A stretch of DNA of 63,998 nucleotides, filler included, from Octopus bimaculoides (GCF_001194135.2; 5 parts of 5 records of this genome joined end to end with filler, not necessarily neighbours in it); one strand, 5' to 3'. Numbered from the whole stretch's first letter, positions 11,515 through 25,165 are shown. Made by a program: numbers and translations. The notes: generated by a model not told the origin, from the sequence alone.

Positions 11515-14500
11515 NNNNNNNNNNNNNNNNNNNNNNNNNNNNNNNNNNNNNNNNNNNNNNNNNNNNNNNNNNNNNNNNNNNNNNNNNNNNNNNNNNNNNN
11601 NNNNNNNNNNNNNNNNNNNNNNNNNNNNNNNNNNNNNNNNNNNNNNNNNNNNNNNNNNNNNNNNNNNNNNNNNNNNNNNNNNNNNNNNNNNNNNNNNNNN
11701 NNNNNNNNNNNNNNNNNNNNNNNNNNNNNNNNNNNNNNNNNNNNNNNNNNNNNNNNNNNNNNNNNNNNNNNNNNNNNNNNNNNNNNNNNNNNNNNNNNNN
11801 NNNNNNNNNNNNNNNNNNNNNNNNNNNNNNNNNNNNNNNNNNNNNNNNNNNNNNNNNNNNNNNNNNNNNNNNNNNNNNNNNNNNNNNNNNNNNNNNNNNN
11901 NNNNNNNNNNNNNNNNNNNNNNNNNNNNNNNNNNNNNNNNNNNNNNNNNNNNNNNNNNNNNNNNNNNNNNNNNNNNNNNNNNNNNNNNNNNNNNNNNNNN
12001 NNNNNNNNNNNNNNNNNNNNNNNNNNNNNNNNNNNNNNNNNNNNNNNNNNNNNNNNNNNNNNNNNNNNNNNNNNNNNNNNNNNNNNNNNNNNNNNNNNNN
12101 NNNNATGTAGATAAACACGATTAGGCTTGACACACATATGAAAGGTTGAAGAACCATTTCGCTCATGAAAGACTATGGAATAGCACTTGGAAAGTTCCCT
12201 TCCGAGGCACAAGTCCGGATTTTTGGAAGACCAGCAGTCACCCATGCATATCAGCCTCCCCTCTCCACGCCACCGATGTTATCCAAGGGAAAGACAAAGT
12301 CTAAATTTAATTAGAGGATGTGTAAACCTTATGAGAGGATGGTTTCATTCAAGGAAATACTGGTTCAATACATACTATTCGGAGGGAATGAATTTCCTTA
12401 AAATAATAGGTATATATAAAAACATATAGTTTATATTCATTTAAAAGAAGAAAAGAAAATGGAGTGAAACTGGCCGCCCTGCTCATTACCTCACTCCAGA
12501 TCTTCTCCATCTGTATATCTGGACGGAGCCAAACTCCAAGCAATTTAACTAGCCTATCCGTGCAGCTTCTCCCAGATTTTGGACGGCATAGACTTACCTC
12601 TCTAAATGTTGGACTGCAGGTTCGGTTACTTTTCCTGGCTGCTTTTAACTTCTGTCATCGCCCTGCATTTCCTTAGAGCAGTGCCGATCACCTCAATGTG
12701 CTTCGTGTTCAACACTATTTCGGTGGTCCTTGGCCATGAAGTTTTTGATTTGCAATACTCGATAGGAAGACGTGTGGTCGTGGCTAAAAGACATCTGATC
12801 AAAGATCTGCTTTGTCAAGAGTACGTTGGAGCTACACAACTAACATAGTGTATGATTTCTTGTTATAGAATTCAACAACTGTCTTATTCATTTATATAAA
12901 TTATGCAAAAAATATTTCAAATATAACTATAATAATTCATTTTTCTATGGAAATGATGAGGAAAGCGAGAATAATTTACAAATTTAGGCTTTCTTATAAA
13001 GAGGTTGCTATTTTATATATTAGATTACATTTTTGATTCATAAACACATCACAAACTTAGTTCAACATCTCCCTGCAACGTCTCATATACATTTTTTATT
13101 AATTACAAAACATTGCATTTTTATAGATTTGCTGACAGATGCCTTCGCAACACAATAGCGTGGTTGTCTTAAGAAAAAAAATAACAAAATTATGTCGTAC
13201 CAATCCTTGTAACTGCATGACTTTCCCAAACAATAATAAACAATAATTCCTCTTCCTGTCGTAAACCAAAATACATTCCTAAATATCAAAAAACCCCTTC
13301 TCTTCAATAAACTGAACTTCTCAAAATCTTTGAGAGTGTTATAAAGATTATGCAAAGACAGTGCGAAAAGCAACAATGACTACCACAATACAAAACGTCA
13401 TAATGTGAAGCTATTGTAAACGTCACAATGCATGCTTCTCACAAACACCAGTAAAACCATAATGGCTGTCGTAGTATTTACTCCGCACAATTCAAATCGA
13501 TCGACACTTTGCTTTTTATTCTTAATAAGATACAAATTATTTTAGTAAACTTCACCGAATCACAGCTCCAAAGCCCAAATCACCTCAATAAGTTCAAATC
13601 TCAAGTCAATGCTTTTAAAACACATTTCAGTTGCTTCGTATCGAATAACGACAAATATCTTCAATTGGGGCAGTTATAGTAATAACAACATTGCTTCATA
13701 TGATAAACAAGATTTCTACAAATAAACCTTAATTCTTCGGTCTAAAATGATTGAAACTTATGGCAGATTTTCCATCGGTTTCACCTGTGACCACCCAGTC
13801 GTTCGATCAACTAATGAATTCCACGTAATTTTTTATGTCGACTCAACGTGATATACTGCTTGGCAAGTGCTAAACCTTTCAATTCCGGGTACATTCCAGA
13901 ATGAGAATGAGTGGGCAGGAAAAATGGGCCCTGTAATTTCAAATCAGACACCGAAAGCTGGCACAAAAATCACTTGGTATTTTACAGAGAACTATAATAT
14001 TCATTCCGTTTTTGCATTTAGTTTTCAAAATTCTCTGCTCAACATTCTCTGTCATGGTCAATGCGACGACAACACGCTACACATCTTCCTTCAAAACATT
14101 GCTGTTAACAGCGAAAGTGAGCTAGAACGTTAAAACTTAGTGCACATGCACAACAGAGTTCAAGGTCAATCTCTACCAAGCGACTTTACCCTGCATGCTT
14201 TAGCTTCGTTACTATGGAAACAGTCCGGATACTTTTTGATCAGACCACGTATATACCAAAATGAATGTACATATTTCTTGTACAGTTCATGCACTTACAA
14301 CATCATTGCAGTTGGTTGTCTGGTTTTCGTTGCTTGTTTGTGTGTTTGTTTGTTTGGTTGTTTGTTTGTTTGGTTGGTTAGTTGTTTGGTTGTTGTACGT
14401 GAGACAAATCTGTGATTCATATTGAAGTGAAGACTGATAATGCCATCGATGCTGAGAAAACACTGTGAGAATTTCACCCCGCCCCTACAGTCTTCAGCTA

Positions 14501-14585
14501 GGCTCCTACTGGGAGAAAACATCGCTCAATGTGTATACGACAGTGCTTGTACTTTTATATAAGTGTGTATGTGTTTTGTGAGGGC

Positions 14586-14617
<32 letters not shown>

Positions 14618-14755
14618 TGCGTTAATGTGTGTGTCTATATTAGATATATTTGTGTTGTCATAAACGAGACAGAAATATGAAGAACAGATATAGTGTCTCT
14701 AAATACACAAATAATGCTTTTATGATTTACTATAAGTGTAGGAGTGAAAGTATGC

Positions 14756-14793
<38 letters not shown>

Positions 14794-16024
14794 ACACACA
14801 TATATAAATATACATATGCCTATATAAATATATATACATATGTATGTATATATNNNNNNNNNNNNNNNNNNNNNNNNNNNNNNNNNNNNNNNNNNNNNNN
14901 NNNNNNNNNNNNNNNNNNNNNNNNNNNNNNNNNNNNNNNNNNNNNNNNNNNNNNNNNNNNNNNNNNNNNNNNNNNNNNNNNNNNNNNNNNNNNNNNNNNN
15001 NNNNNNNNNNNNNNNNNNNNNNNNNNNNNNNNNNNNNNNNNNNNNNNNNNNNNNNNNNNNNNNNNNNNNNNNNNNNNNNNNNNNNNNNNNNNNNNNNNNN
15101 NNNNNNNNNNNNNNNNNNNNNNNNNNNNNNNNNNNNNNNNNNNNNNNNNNNNNNNNNNNNNNNNNNNNNNNNNNNNNNNNNNNNNNNNNNNNNNNNNNNN
15201 NNNNNNNNNNNNNNNNNNNNNNNNNNNNNNNNNNNNNNNNNNNNNNNNNNNNNNNNNNNNNNNNNNNNNNNNNNNNNNNNNNNNNNNNNNNNNNNNNNNN
15301 NNNNNNNNNNNNNNNNNNNNNNNNNNNNNNNNNNNNNNNNNNNNNNNNNNNNNNNNNNNNNNNNNNNNNNNNNNNNNNNNNNNNNNNNNNNNNNNNNNNN
15401 NNNNNNNNNNNNNNNNNNNNNNNNNNNNNNNNNNNNNNNNNNNNNNNNNNNNNNNNNNNNNNNNNNNNNNNNNNNNNNNNNNNNNNNNNNNNNNNNNNNN
15501 NNNNNNNNNNNNNNNNNNNNNNNNNNNNNNNNNNNNNNNNNNNNNNNNNNNNNNNNNNNNNNNNNNNNNNNNNNNNNNNNNNNNNNNNNNNNNNNNNNNN
15601 NNNNNNNNNNNNNNNNNNNNNNNNNNNNNNNNNNNNNNNNNNNNNNNNNNNNNNNNNNNNNNNNNNNNNNNNNNNNNNNNNNNNNNNNNNNNNNNNNNNN
15701 NNNNNNNNNNNNNNNNNNNNNTTTTTTTTTTTTTTTTTTGCTATATAACTAGTCGCTTCCGCAGACTACGTTAGTCTTGAGATTATCTCCCTTTCTTCTT
15801 TGAAGGATTTTTTCCTGTTGCACTTCTAGAATTTGATCTACCAACCCTTGTCATGCGGACAAGAAATGATATTTAGACTCAACCTAATTGCAGGTTATGA
15901 CTGACAGTTAATCCATTGATGCCCTGATGAAGAAAATGTATCAAAGTGCACCTCCGCTACGTAATCTGTGGGCGAAATCGCAGATTCTATACTTGAACAA
16001 TTTCCATGTCGATCTCTGATCCTC

Positions 16025-16055
<31 letters not shown>

Positions 16056-16125
16056 AAGATAGACAGACAGACACATAGATAGATAAACAGATAGATAGAT
16101 AAGTACATAGATAGACAGACAGAAT

Positions 16126-16171
<46 letters not shown>

Positions 16172-16595
16172 ATGCGGGTATAATTTTAAAGAATAAATGA
16201 GCGCAAAGGATGTAGGCTTCCGCATTATAAGTGATAAAACATCCTTTGGAAGAAAAAGAATGTAATTACTATGAAGTGCAAGCTGTATTCCCGAAGTTGT
16301 TCAGCAATTTATCTCCCTTGCTTAATAACTCTTTTTATCACGACGACAAAAATTCCTTTCACATACAACTGGAAATTTATCAATATTGCAATATCCATCG
16401 CCATTATAACAGATTTGCTTTTCGGCCTTTCAATGGGGAATGTCTCACAGATAGATAGATACAGACACAGACACACAGACACACACACAGACACACACAC
16501 GCACACACATACACACACAGAGATATACATGCACATATGCATGCACAAGCGCGCTCGCGCGTAGTCACACACGTACACACATATATTATTATTAT

Positions 16596-16626
<31 letters not shown>

Positions 16627-17325
16627 GTATANNNNNNNNNNNNNNNNNNNNNNNNNNNNNNNNNNNNNNNNNNNNNNNNNNNNNNNNNNNNNNNNNNNNN
16701 NNNNNNNNNNNNNNNNNNNNNNNNNNNNNNNNNNNNNNNNNNNNNNNNNNNNNNNNNNNNNNNNNNNNNNNNNNNNNNNNNNNNNNNNNNNNNNNNNNNN
16801 NNNNNNNNNNNNNNNNNNNNNNNNNNNNNNNNNNNNNNNNNNNNNNNNNNNNNNNNNNNNNNNNNNNNNNNNNNNNNNNNNNNNNNNNNNNNNNNNNNNN
16901 NNNNNNNNNNNNNNNNNNNNNNNNNNNNNNNNNNNNNNNNNNNNNNNNNNNNNNNNNNNNNNNNNNNNNNNNNNNNNNNNNNNNNNNNNNNNNNNNNNNN
17001 NNNNNNNNNNNNNNNNNNNNNNNNNNNNNNNNNNNNNNNNNNNNNNNNNNNNNNNNNNNNNNNNNNNNNNNNNNNNNNNNNNNNNNNNNNNNNNNNNNNN
17101 NNNNNNNNNNNNNNNNNNNNNNNNNNNNNNNNNNNNNNNNNNNNNNNNNNNNNNNNNNNNNNNNNNNNNNNNNNNNNNNNNNNNNNNNNNNNNNNNNNNN
17201 NNNNNNNNNNNNNNNNNNNNNNNNNNNNNNNNNNNNNNNNNNNNNNNNNNNNNNNNNNNNNNNNNNNNNNNNNNNNNNNNNNNNNNNNNNNNNNNNNNNN
17301 NNNNNNNNNNNNNNNNNNNNNNNNN

Positions 17326-17377
<52 letters not shown>

Positions 17378-17969
17378 ATGTATTATACTTATCTGCTTAT
17401 ACAAATATATATACTTACGCACATACAAAGGCAGATGCACATACACGCACAACCAAACACACATGTGTATGTATACGCATACACTGAGTGCATAATTTTT
17501 TACATACAATAAATCTTGTGTGATATATTACAGACAGCTATACATAGTAACACTTCGGTATATTTAAAGAGTCGCAGTCACATATCCAAACGTTTTGGAC
17601 TGATAGTTTCATAGATATAACACGTCACACACACAGAAATACACGTAGACATTTAGTGATACCCATATAGACATACAACTCGCAGTTCTTATAAACAATG
17701 TGCCCTGTGTAATAAAGATATCTATACATAGAAACACACAGACACATGTATATACGTGCACACTCACGTACACACATATGCACTCACGCACACTCATATG
17801 CATACGAGCACAAGCACATGCGCACGCAGGCTCTAGCACACAGATGTTCAGTCTTCACAATTCTGCATAGTCTTTCCAAGGTTATTCTCTATGAATCACA
17901 CAAAAAAAAAAAAAACACGCACGTACGCTCGAATGTTTGTGTATGTGTGAATGTGTGTGCATGTGTGTG

Positions 17970-18000
<31 letters not shown>

Positions 18001-18257
18001 NNNNNNNNNNNNNNNNNNNNNNNNNNNNNNNNNNNNNNNNNNNNNNNNNNNNNNNNNNNNNNNNNNNNNNNNNNNNNNNNNNNNNNNNNNNNNNNNNNNN
18101 NNNNNNNNNNNNNNNNNNNNNNNNNNNNNNNNNNNNNNNNNNNNNNNNNNNNNNNNNNNNNNNNNNNNNNNNNNNNNNNNNNNNNNNNNNNNNNNNNNNN
18201 NNNNNNNNNNNNNNNNNNNNNNNNNNNNNNNNNNNNNNNNNNNNNNNNNNNNNNNNN

Positions 18258-18294
<37 letters not shown>

Positions 18295-18561
18295 ACATAT
18301 ATATACACACACATATACATATATATACACACACACACATGTATATGCAAGTGCATACATATGTAAATATACTTTCATAAGTATATGCGTGTGTAGAACT
18401 ACATATATATACAAATATATAAATATGTATACATAGGAATACTTATATAGTTACACACACATACACACACATATATTTATATATATACATGCATATTTAA
18501 ACATATGCATATATGTATATATCCATGCATATATATATATGTATATATATGTATACATACA

Positions 18562-18592
<31 letters not shown>

Positions 18593-19257
18593 GTATATAT
18601 ATATATATAAAAGATGACATGCCCTAGACACAAGATATGTAAATGTATTTACACACACACACATATATATGTATGTATGTATGTATCCATGTATGTATGT
18701 ATGTATGTATGTATGTATGTATGTACGTATGCATGTATGTATATCAATTCCTTATACAATATATATGTCTAGTGAAGGCTACTGCAACAATGCACTGTTA
18801 ATTTCAAAAAGCTGTTTACATGAAAAACTCCTATCGCCAATTTCACCGTCTTTGATATACGATGCTGGTGTCTGATATAACTTTATAATTGTCTTCTCTG
18901 TACTTTAATAGACCCCGTATTAACCACACAGGCACACACACACACACAGGCACACAAAACACACACATACACGCAGTTACACGCACATTCCTTGCTCTCA
19001 TTGGCGTATAACTTTCGGATACACACACACATACACACACACATACGCCCGAATACAACTGCGCATACTTCCACGCACTTCGCTTTCTCATTCACAAACG
19101 GACAAGCGTAATTGTGCAAGAATATATGATGTGGTATCTATTATTATTACACATACACGAAGTGGTATCAAAAAGTCCCCGGTGATATGAAAAAGCTCGA
19201 GGCAATATCAAAAATTTAAAAAGAAAAAAACTTATTCACCTGAGTTTTATCATCATC

Positions 19258-19323
<66 letters not shown>

Positions 19324-20728
19324 TATNNNNNNNNNNNNNNNNNNNNNNNNNNNNNNNNNNNNNNNNNNNNNNNNNNNNNNNNNNNNNNNNNNNNNNNNNN
19401 NNNNNNNNNNNNNNNNNNNNNNNNNNNNNNNNNNNNNNNNNNNNNNNNNNNNNNNNNNNNNNNNNNNNNNNNNNNNNNNNNNNNNNNNNNNNNNNNNNNN
19501 NNNNNNNNNNNNNNNNNNNNNNNNNNNNNNNNNNNNNNNNNNNNNNNNNNNNNNNNNNNNNNNNNNNNNNNNNNNNNNNNNNNNNNNNNNNNNNNNNNNN
19601 NNNNNNNNNNNNNNNNNNNNNNNNNNNNNNNNNNNNNNNNNNNNNNNNNNNNNNNNNNNNNNNNNNNNNNNNNNNNNNNNNNNNNNNNNNNNNNNNNNNN
19701 NNNNNNNNNNNNNNNNNNNNNNNNNNNNNNNNNNNNNNNNNNNNNNNNNNNNNNNNNNNNNNNNNNNNNNNNNNNNNNNNNNNNNNNNNNNNNNNNNNNN
19801 NNNNNNNNNNNNNNNNNNNNNNNNNNNNNNNNNNNNNNNNNNNNNNNNNNNNNNNNNNNNNNNNNNNNNNNNNNNNNNNNNNNNNNNNNNNNNNNNNNNN
19901 NNNNNNNNNNNNNNNNNNNNNNNNNNNNNNNNNNNNNNNNNNNNNNNNTATATATATATATATATATATGCATGTATGTATGTGTGTGTGTGTGTGTATG
20001 TCCAAGTCTGCACCTATGTGAAGGCAAGTCTTGGTTTGCCAATCTGCATGTATGGCATAGGCACATACAAACATATCAAATACCACACAACATAATTTCC
20101 TGATTTATTAAAGCTATCTCCGTTTATACAGCATATGTCGCAATAACTAAATGGTAATTGAGAACAGCTCCATATGAGATAGGCAGGCAATCTGAAGAAT
20201 CAGGAATTCTCCCAAGTTGACACGATATTAAGGAATGTATGTATGTATGTATGTATGTATGCATGTATGTATGTATGTAATGTATATATGTATGTATGTA
20301 TTTCTGCTGGGTGTGTGTGTTTGTGTGTGTGCCTACATATGTGTTTGTGCGTCTGGAGATATGTGTCTTAATTTATTAAGCTTTGCACTTTATAATCTTA
20401 CTGGCTTCGTGGATGTTTATCAGTCTCATGCCAGCTGTAAGTGAGACCCATACTCGTAGTATGTAATAGTTTTCTTCTATCTATGCATTTCGCAAGTTGT
20501 CCCTTCGAAACCAATTTTGAATTATCACCATCAGCGCCGCTGCTGCCACCGCCGCTTCCACCATCACCACTAACCACCACCGATTCTACCACTACTATCA
20601 CCACCACTATCACCACCACTACCACCACTACCACCACCATCATCACTACAACCGTCCCCATCATCACCACTACCACCATCAAAGCTTATGTGTGGATTTG
20701 GTAGACGGAAACTGAAAAAAAGCCCGTC

Positions 20729-20830
<102 letters not shown>

Positions 20831-20973
20831 ATATATATATTCTTTTATTCTGTTACTTGTTTCAGTCATTTGACTGCGGCCATGCTGGAGCACCGCCTTT
20901 AGTCGAGCAAGTCGACTCCATGACTTATTCTTTGTAAGTCTGGTACTTATTCTATCGGATTTTCCAATGACCA

Positions 20974-21034
20974 GATAACTGAAGAGATGTTGGCGCGGGT
21001 TTCCGCCCCGGCATCCGAAACTCGGAGTTTTATC
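20974..21034 (+). ncRNA. Structurally complete type I hammerhead ribozyme
   Basis: Stem I GATAA (20974-78)/TTATC (21030-34); core CTGAAGA (20979-85); stem II GATGTTGG/CCGGCATC with inner GCGG-gttt-CCGC and one extra C; GAAA (21017-20); stem III ACT-cgg-AGT; GUU cleavage triplet at 21027-21029. Confidence 0.75.
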
Positions 21035-21480
21035 ACGGCTACCGAATAAGTGTCACAAATTTTTACAGATAAATTCCTCTATTTACATAATATCGAGGTC
21101 TCTTTCTTTCTTTTGTTGTCTTTTCTATCAATATATATGAAATCGTTGTTCTGGAATTCTGTTCCTTCTTCGAATTTCCCTGAGAAATGTAATCTTCATT
21201 TAAATCTTGTGTTGACTGCGTTATTGTTTGTAGGGCAGCTTCTTAGAAGATATTTCTTCTCCTTGTGTAAATCACAACAAACTGAGTGGTGTCTCGATGC
21301 CTGTTATATTAAGGGTCATTTGCTGCTGCTTGAGAGTGATTTCTCATCAAAAACAAGCACAAGTACTGCAAAAGTATTAGTTACCTTAGATTTATCTTTT
21401 GGGGAAAACGTCTATTCTTCAGTTAATATGTCATATATAATTACGTTTTATTTTTATTAGAATTGGAATTGCTCGGTTGG
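21035..21480 (-). mobile_element. Probable Penelope-like element remnant (GIY-YIG C-terminus)
   Basis: Frameshifted minus-strand translation ...P*YN.../VCCDLHKEKKYLL...VNTR resembles the PLE motif PYN..CxLCxxEKxxI..LNxR; abuts the hammerhead. Confidence 0.4.
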
Positions 21481-21554
21481 TTTATAATTGTGTTCGCTTA
21501 CATTTCGAAGAATTTGAAGGTATTGCTATCTAATTCTTTAATCGCAATACACTT

Positions 21555-21930
21555 TTACTCTTTACTCTTTTACTTGTTTCAGTCATTTGACTGCGGCCAT
21601 GCTGGAGCACCGCCTTTAGTCAAGAAAATCGACCCCAGGACTTATTCTTTGTAAGCCTAGTACTTATTCTATCGGTTTCTTTTTGCCGAACCGCTAAGTT
21701 ACGGGAACGTAAACACACCAGCATCGGTTTTCAAGCGATGGGGGGGGACAAACACAGACACACAAACACACATTCATATATACATATACATATATACGAC
21801 GGGCTTCTTTCAGTTTCCGTCATCCAAATCCACTCACAAGGCTTTGGTCGACCCGAGGCTATAGTAGAAGACACTTGCCCAAGGTGCCACGCAGTCGGAT
21901 TGAACCCGGAACCATATGGCTGGTAAGCAA
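21555..21930 (-). mobile_element. SINE family B (CORE-like), near full length, internal CA/TA microsatellite
   Basis: cacttgcccaaggtgccacgcagt (reverse complement is CORE-like gtggcaccttgggcaagtg); 3' end ...tgactgaaacaagtaaaagagtaaagagt. Confidence 0.88.
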
Positions 21931-23330
21931 TATTTATTTTCCTATCAAAATGAGGTGTTCGCTTTTTTTTTTTGTTTTTTTGTTTTTAGTTGATACTGTT
22001 TTGGTTGTCGTTATGATACAGGGAAAAAGTCGTTGAAGAAGTTGAAAATAAAGCAAAAAAGAGAAGAAAAGAAGCAGCAGAAAACAATAAGGAAGAAAGA
22101 CAAAATAAATGAAAAGAAGGAAAGAAAGACAAGAAAGATATGAAGAAAATAAAGGTGAAAAAAGAAAGAGAGGTGTGGCTGAAGGAAAAGGCACGGTTTG
22201 AACCACATCTCGATGTTATATACTGAGAGTATGTGTTAAAACAAAGATTATCATACGCTTAAGAACTGTTCCGGAAATTGCTTAATTTTGAAACCGGAAG
22301 CCAATGCTTGTTGAAAGCCAGTTACATTTTAGCGCCGTCGTGGAGAATATCTGTAGTATTTATTATAGTAACGTTGCCAGCGGTTGTGGTGGGAGGTCTT
22401 GAAATATGTTGTTCTTAGTGGTGGTGATGGTGGGAGTACGTGATACAATTAATATATGGTTATGGGAAAAGTTCTCTGGTGGGTGGGAAATGTATAAAAG
22501 ATGTTTTAATGAGTCGTAGAGATTCCATTTTAATTCGTTCCTTGTTTCTGGGGTTTAAGGTTATTAGTGAAGAGGGAGGAAGATAGTGTAGGAAATATAG
22601 TGGGGACAGAGAATGACACGAGACGAGGAGAGGAGGTGTCGATGGTAGTGGGGAGCTGAGGCTGGGGTTCCGAGCTGTAGTTATGCGATATGGAAGTGTG
22701 GAAGTGTTAGAAAGATAAATAACAAATTTAATTTACCAGTGAGTGTTCATAAACACACACACGTACGCACACGCGCACACACATGCATACACGCACGCAT
22801 ATGCACACACGCACGCAGAAGTGGTTATATTTGCATGTAATGCATGTATGAATGTAATTACATAATTGAACTCTGCTAAATTGTTATTGAGCTCTTTTAT
22901 TTCACTTATGTTATACATAAGGCGCAGGACAGGCTGTATGGTAAGTAACTTGCTTACCAACCACATGGTTCCAGGTTCAGTCGTGGCACTTTAGGGCACT
23001 TAGGGGAAAAAATTATATTCATGAAGAATGAAATGGATATTATTTGTGAAAAATTTGACTGTATGGCCGCAGTCAAATGACTAAAACAAGTAAAAGAGTA
23101 AAAGAGTAAAAAAAAAGGGTGCATTACTTGCGGTAAAAACGATAGAAAACGCACCGATTGGCGACTTCGTGTGCATGTCACAAAGAGTGCAGAGTCGAAG
23201 CAATGCTCGATTTCTTTCGCCACCTCTCTCNNNNNNNNNNNNNNNNNNNNNNNNNNNNNNNNNNNNNNNNNNNNTTAATTAATTAANNNNNNNNNNNNNN
23301 NNNNNNNNNNNNNNNNNNNNNNNNNNNNNN

Positions 23331-23530
23331 TACTTCTTTATATTCTTCCCGGTTCCAAGTAGTTCTTTTACATTTTTGATTTTGTGGTCGTTGTAGTGGT
23401 GAACTTTGGGGGCTTAATTTGGGACAAATCCCGTTTAAGTGACCTTCCAGATTCGTATTCGGGGAAGATATTCTGCTAGTTGAAAATGTTTGGCTGACAG
23501 GCGCGCTTCCAGAATAACCATTGGACAAGC
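23331..23530 (-). mobile_element. Non-LTR retrotransposon 5' ORF fragment (R4/Dong-like)
   Basis: Translation PNTNLEGHLN...KCKRTTWNREEYKEV; homologous to 57290-57520 (NTNLDGHLN...KCKRIKWTREEYTEIIHAYF); clade assignment from memory of the WTREE motif. Confidence 0.45.
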
Positions 23531-24264
23531 GATTCAGTGTACTGTTTGAAATTTTCTTTTCTTTTTAAGTAAAGTTAAATTATTATTAAATTTTCATTTT
23601 TTTTTTTTTTTAACCACTAATCTTCATACAGGGGCTGCATTTATCATCATTAGCAGCAGCAGCGGCAGTGGTAATAGTAGTAGTAGTGGCAGCAGCAGTA
23701 GTAGTAATAGTAGTAGCAGCAACAGCAGCAGTGGTAGTAATAGTAGTAGTAGTAAGTGCGGCTCATGTAATATTTTTTCTTTTGAAGTGGGATGGGATCC
23801 AATTGGTCAAAAAGAGTTTGAATGTCTACTACTACTACTAGCAGCGAACGACAGCAACAGTGACCTTGACCTTAAGAAAAATTTAGGAAGGGCCGACTTA
23901 CTCTGTTCTGTATTATTTGTGAATAGAGAAGTTGTGTTCGACCAGAGAGAATTATTATTCCACGTGCATTTCTGTTATTGCATGTTTCAGCTCGTCAGGG
24001 AGAAAATAAAGATAATATTGTAGAAATTAAAGTTGACTTTTCTCGAGATGTTCTTTTGTATGTCCAGTTAGAGAAAACAGTTGTGTTTTTGCAATAAAAA
24101 AAGATGCTTACATTTCTGAATACTCGGGGAGAAAGGAAAGAAATGACAAGAGTCAAATTTTCACAGAAAGTTTTAAGATTCACCGAAGATGGTCTTTTGT
24201 ATGTCCACACAGAGAAAACTAATGTTTTCAGAATAAAAAAAAAAAGGATGTTTATATTTTCGAC

Positions 24265-24500
24265 ATTATTATTCAGGTCACTGCCTGGAATCGAACTTGG
24301 AATCTTGGGTTTAGTAGACTGCGCTCTTAACCGCTATGCCATATGCCTGAATAATAATAATAATAATATCGAAAAATACCTTAAGAATGAGAACTCTGGT
24401 TCGAAATTTCCCCAAGACACCTGACGAAGGCTGGAGGGTATATCAGCCGAAACAAACAAGATGAGGACAAATATCCGTCAAATATAAATAATGTTGAGAG
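24265..24500. mobile_element. Composite element: inverted tRNA-like SINE head, (AAT)n, hammerhead-like tail
   Basis: Minus-strand head ggcatatggcatagcggttaagagcgcag...gttcgattccaggc bounded by inverted attattattcagg/cctgaataataat; plus-strand gacac-CTGACGA-a-GGCTG..CAGCC-GAAAC at 24416-24453. Confidence 0.65.
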
Positions 24501-24824
24501 AAGTTTTGTTTTTTATTTTTCTATTTACACTGTCACATGACTAATGACTGGAGGGAGAGAAGTGCCTTGTGAGTTTAGTGCAATATCTCTAGGGACCAGA
24601 GGTTTGATTAGAATGTTTGCAACAGAGTGGACTGTGATAGAGGCACCCAAGGGCCAGCCAGTGGGGTAACATCTGTTAATCCTGAAGTTCAGGCCTCCAA
24701 CATCAATTGGGCCACATAGGGAAAAAAAATGTCTGTTGAATTTAGAAACCATTGCAAGTAAGGGATTTCGGTTGTGATAACATTAACCCAGTCACACGGC
24801 CAGTGGTATTTATTTGGTGCGGGT

Positions 24825-25165
24825 GGAGCCATGTGCTTTCACCACATGGCTTAGTGGTTATGGTGTTTGGTTTACGATTGTAAGGTCGTGAGTTTGATTC
24901 CCAGTGGTACATTGTCTCCTTAAGCAAGACACTTCATTTCACGTTGCTCCACTCCACCCAGCTGGCAAAAATGAGTTGTACCAGTAATTCAAAGGGTCAG
25001 CCTTGTCACATTCTGTGTTACACTAAATCTCTTTTGTAACTACATTAAGGGTACATGTCTGTGGAGTACTCAGCCACTTGCACATTAATCTCATGAGCAG
25101 GCCGTTCCATGATCTGATCTACTAGAACGCTCGTAGTTAAAACCGACGGAATGCCAGTCGCTATG
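24825..25165 (+). mobile_element. SINE family D
   Basis: tRNA-like head atggcttagtggttatggtg...gtttgattccc; body aagggtacatgtctgtggagtactcagccacttgcacattaat; second decayed copy at about 25230-25480. Confidence 0.8.

Noticed and set aside
12430-14520. Long unique, non-repetitive stretch with several 60-97 aa ORFs
   Set aside because: All frames are interrupted and no motif is recognised; could be UTR or regulatory DNA but cannot be supported.
23231-23330. Palindromic TTAATTAATTAA embedded in N runs (also at 52615, 56558 and 61697)
   Set aside because: Always 44 N + 12 nt + 44 N = 100 bp with stops in all six frames: an artificial scaffolding linker, not biology.
24030-24262. Degenerate ~141-bp tandem duplication (cttttgtatgtcca...gagaaaac)
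   Set aside because: Ordinary old local duplication with no further structure.
24278-24347. tRNA-like sequence with A and B boxes (also the heads of SINE families A, B and D)
   Set aside because: No complete cloverleaf or acceptor stem; these are SINE heads, not tRNA genes.
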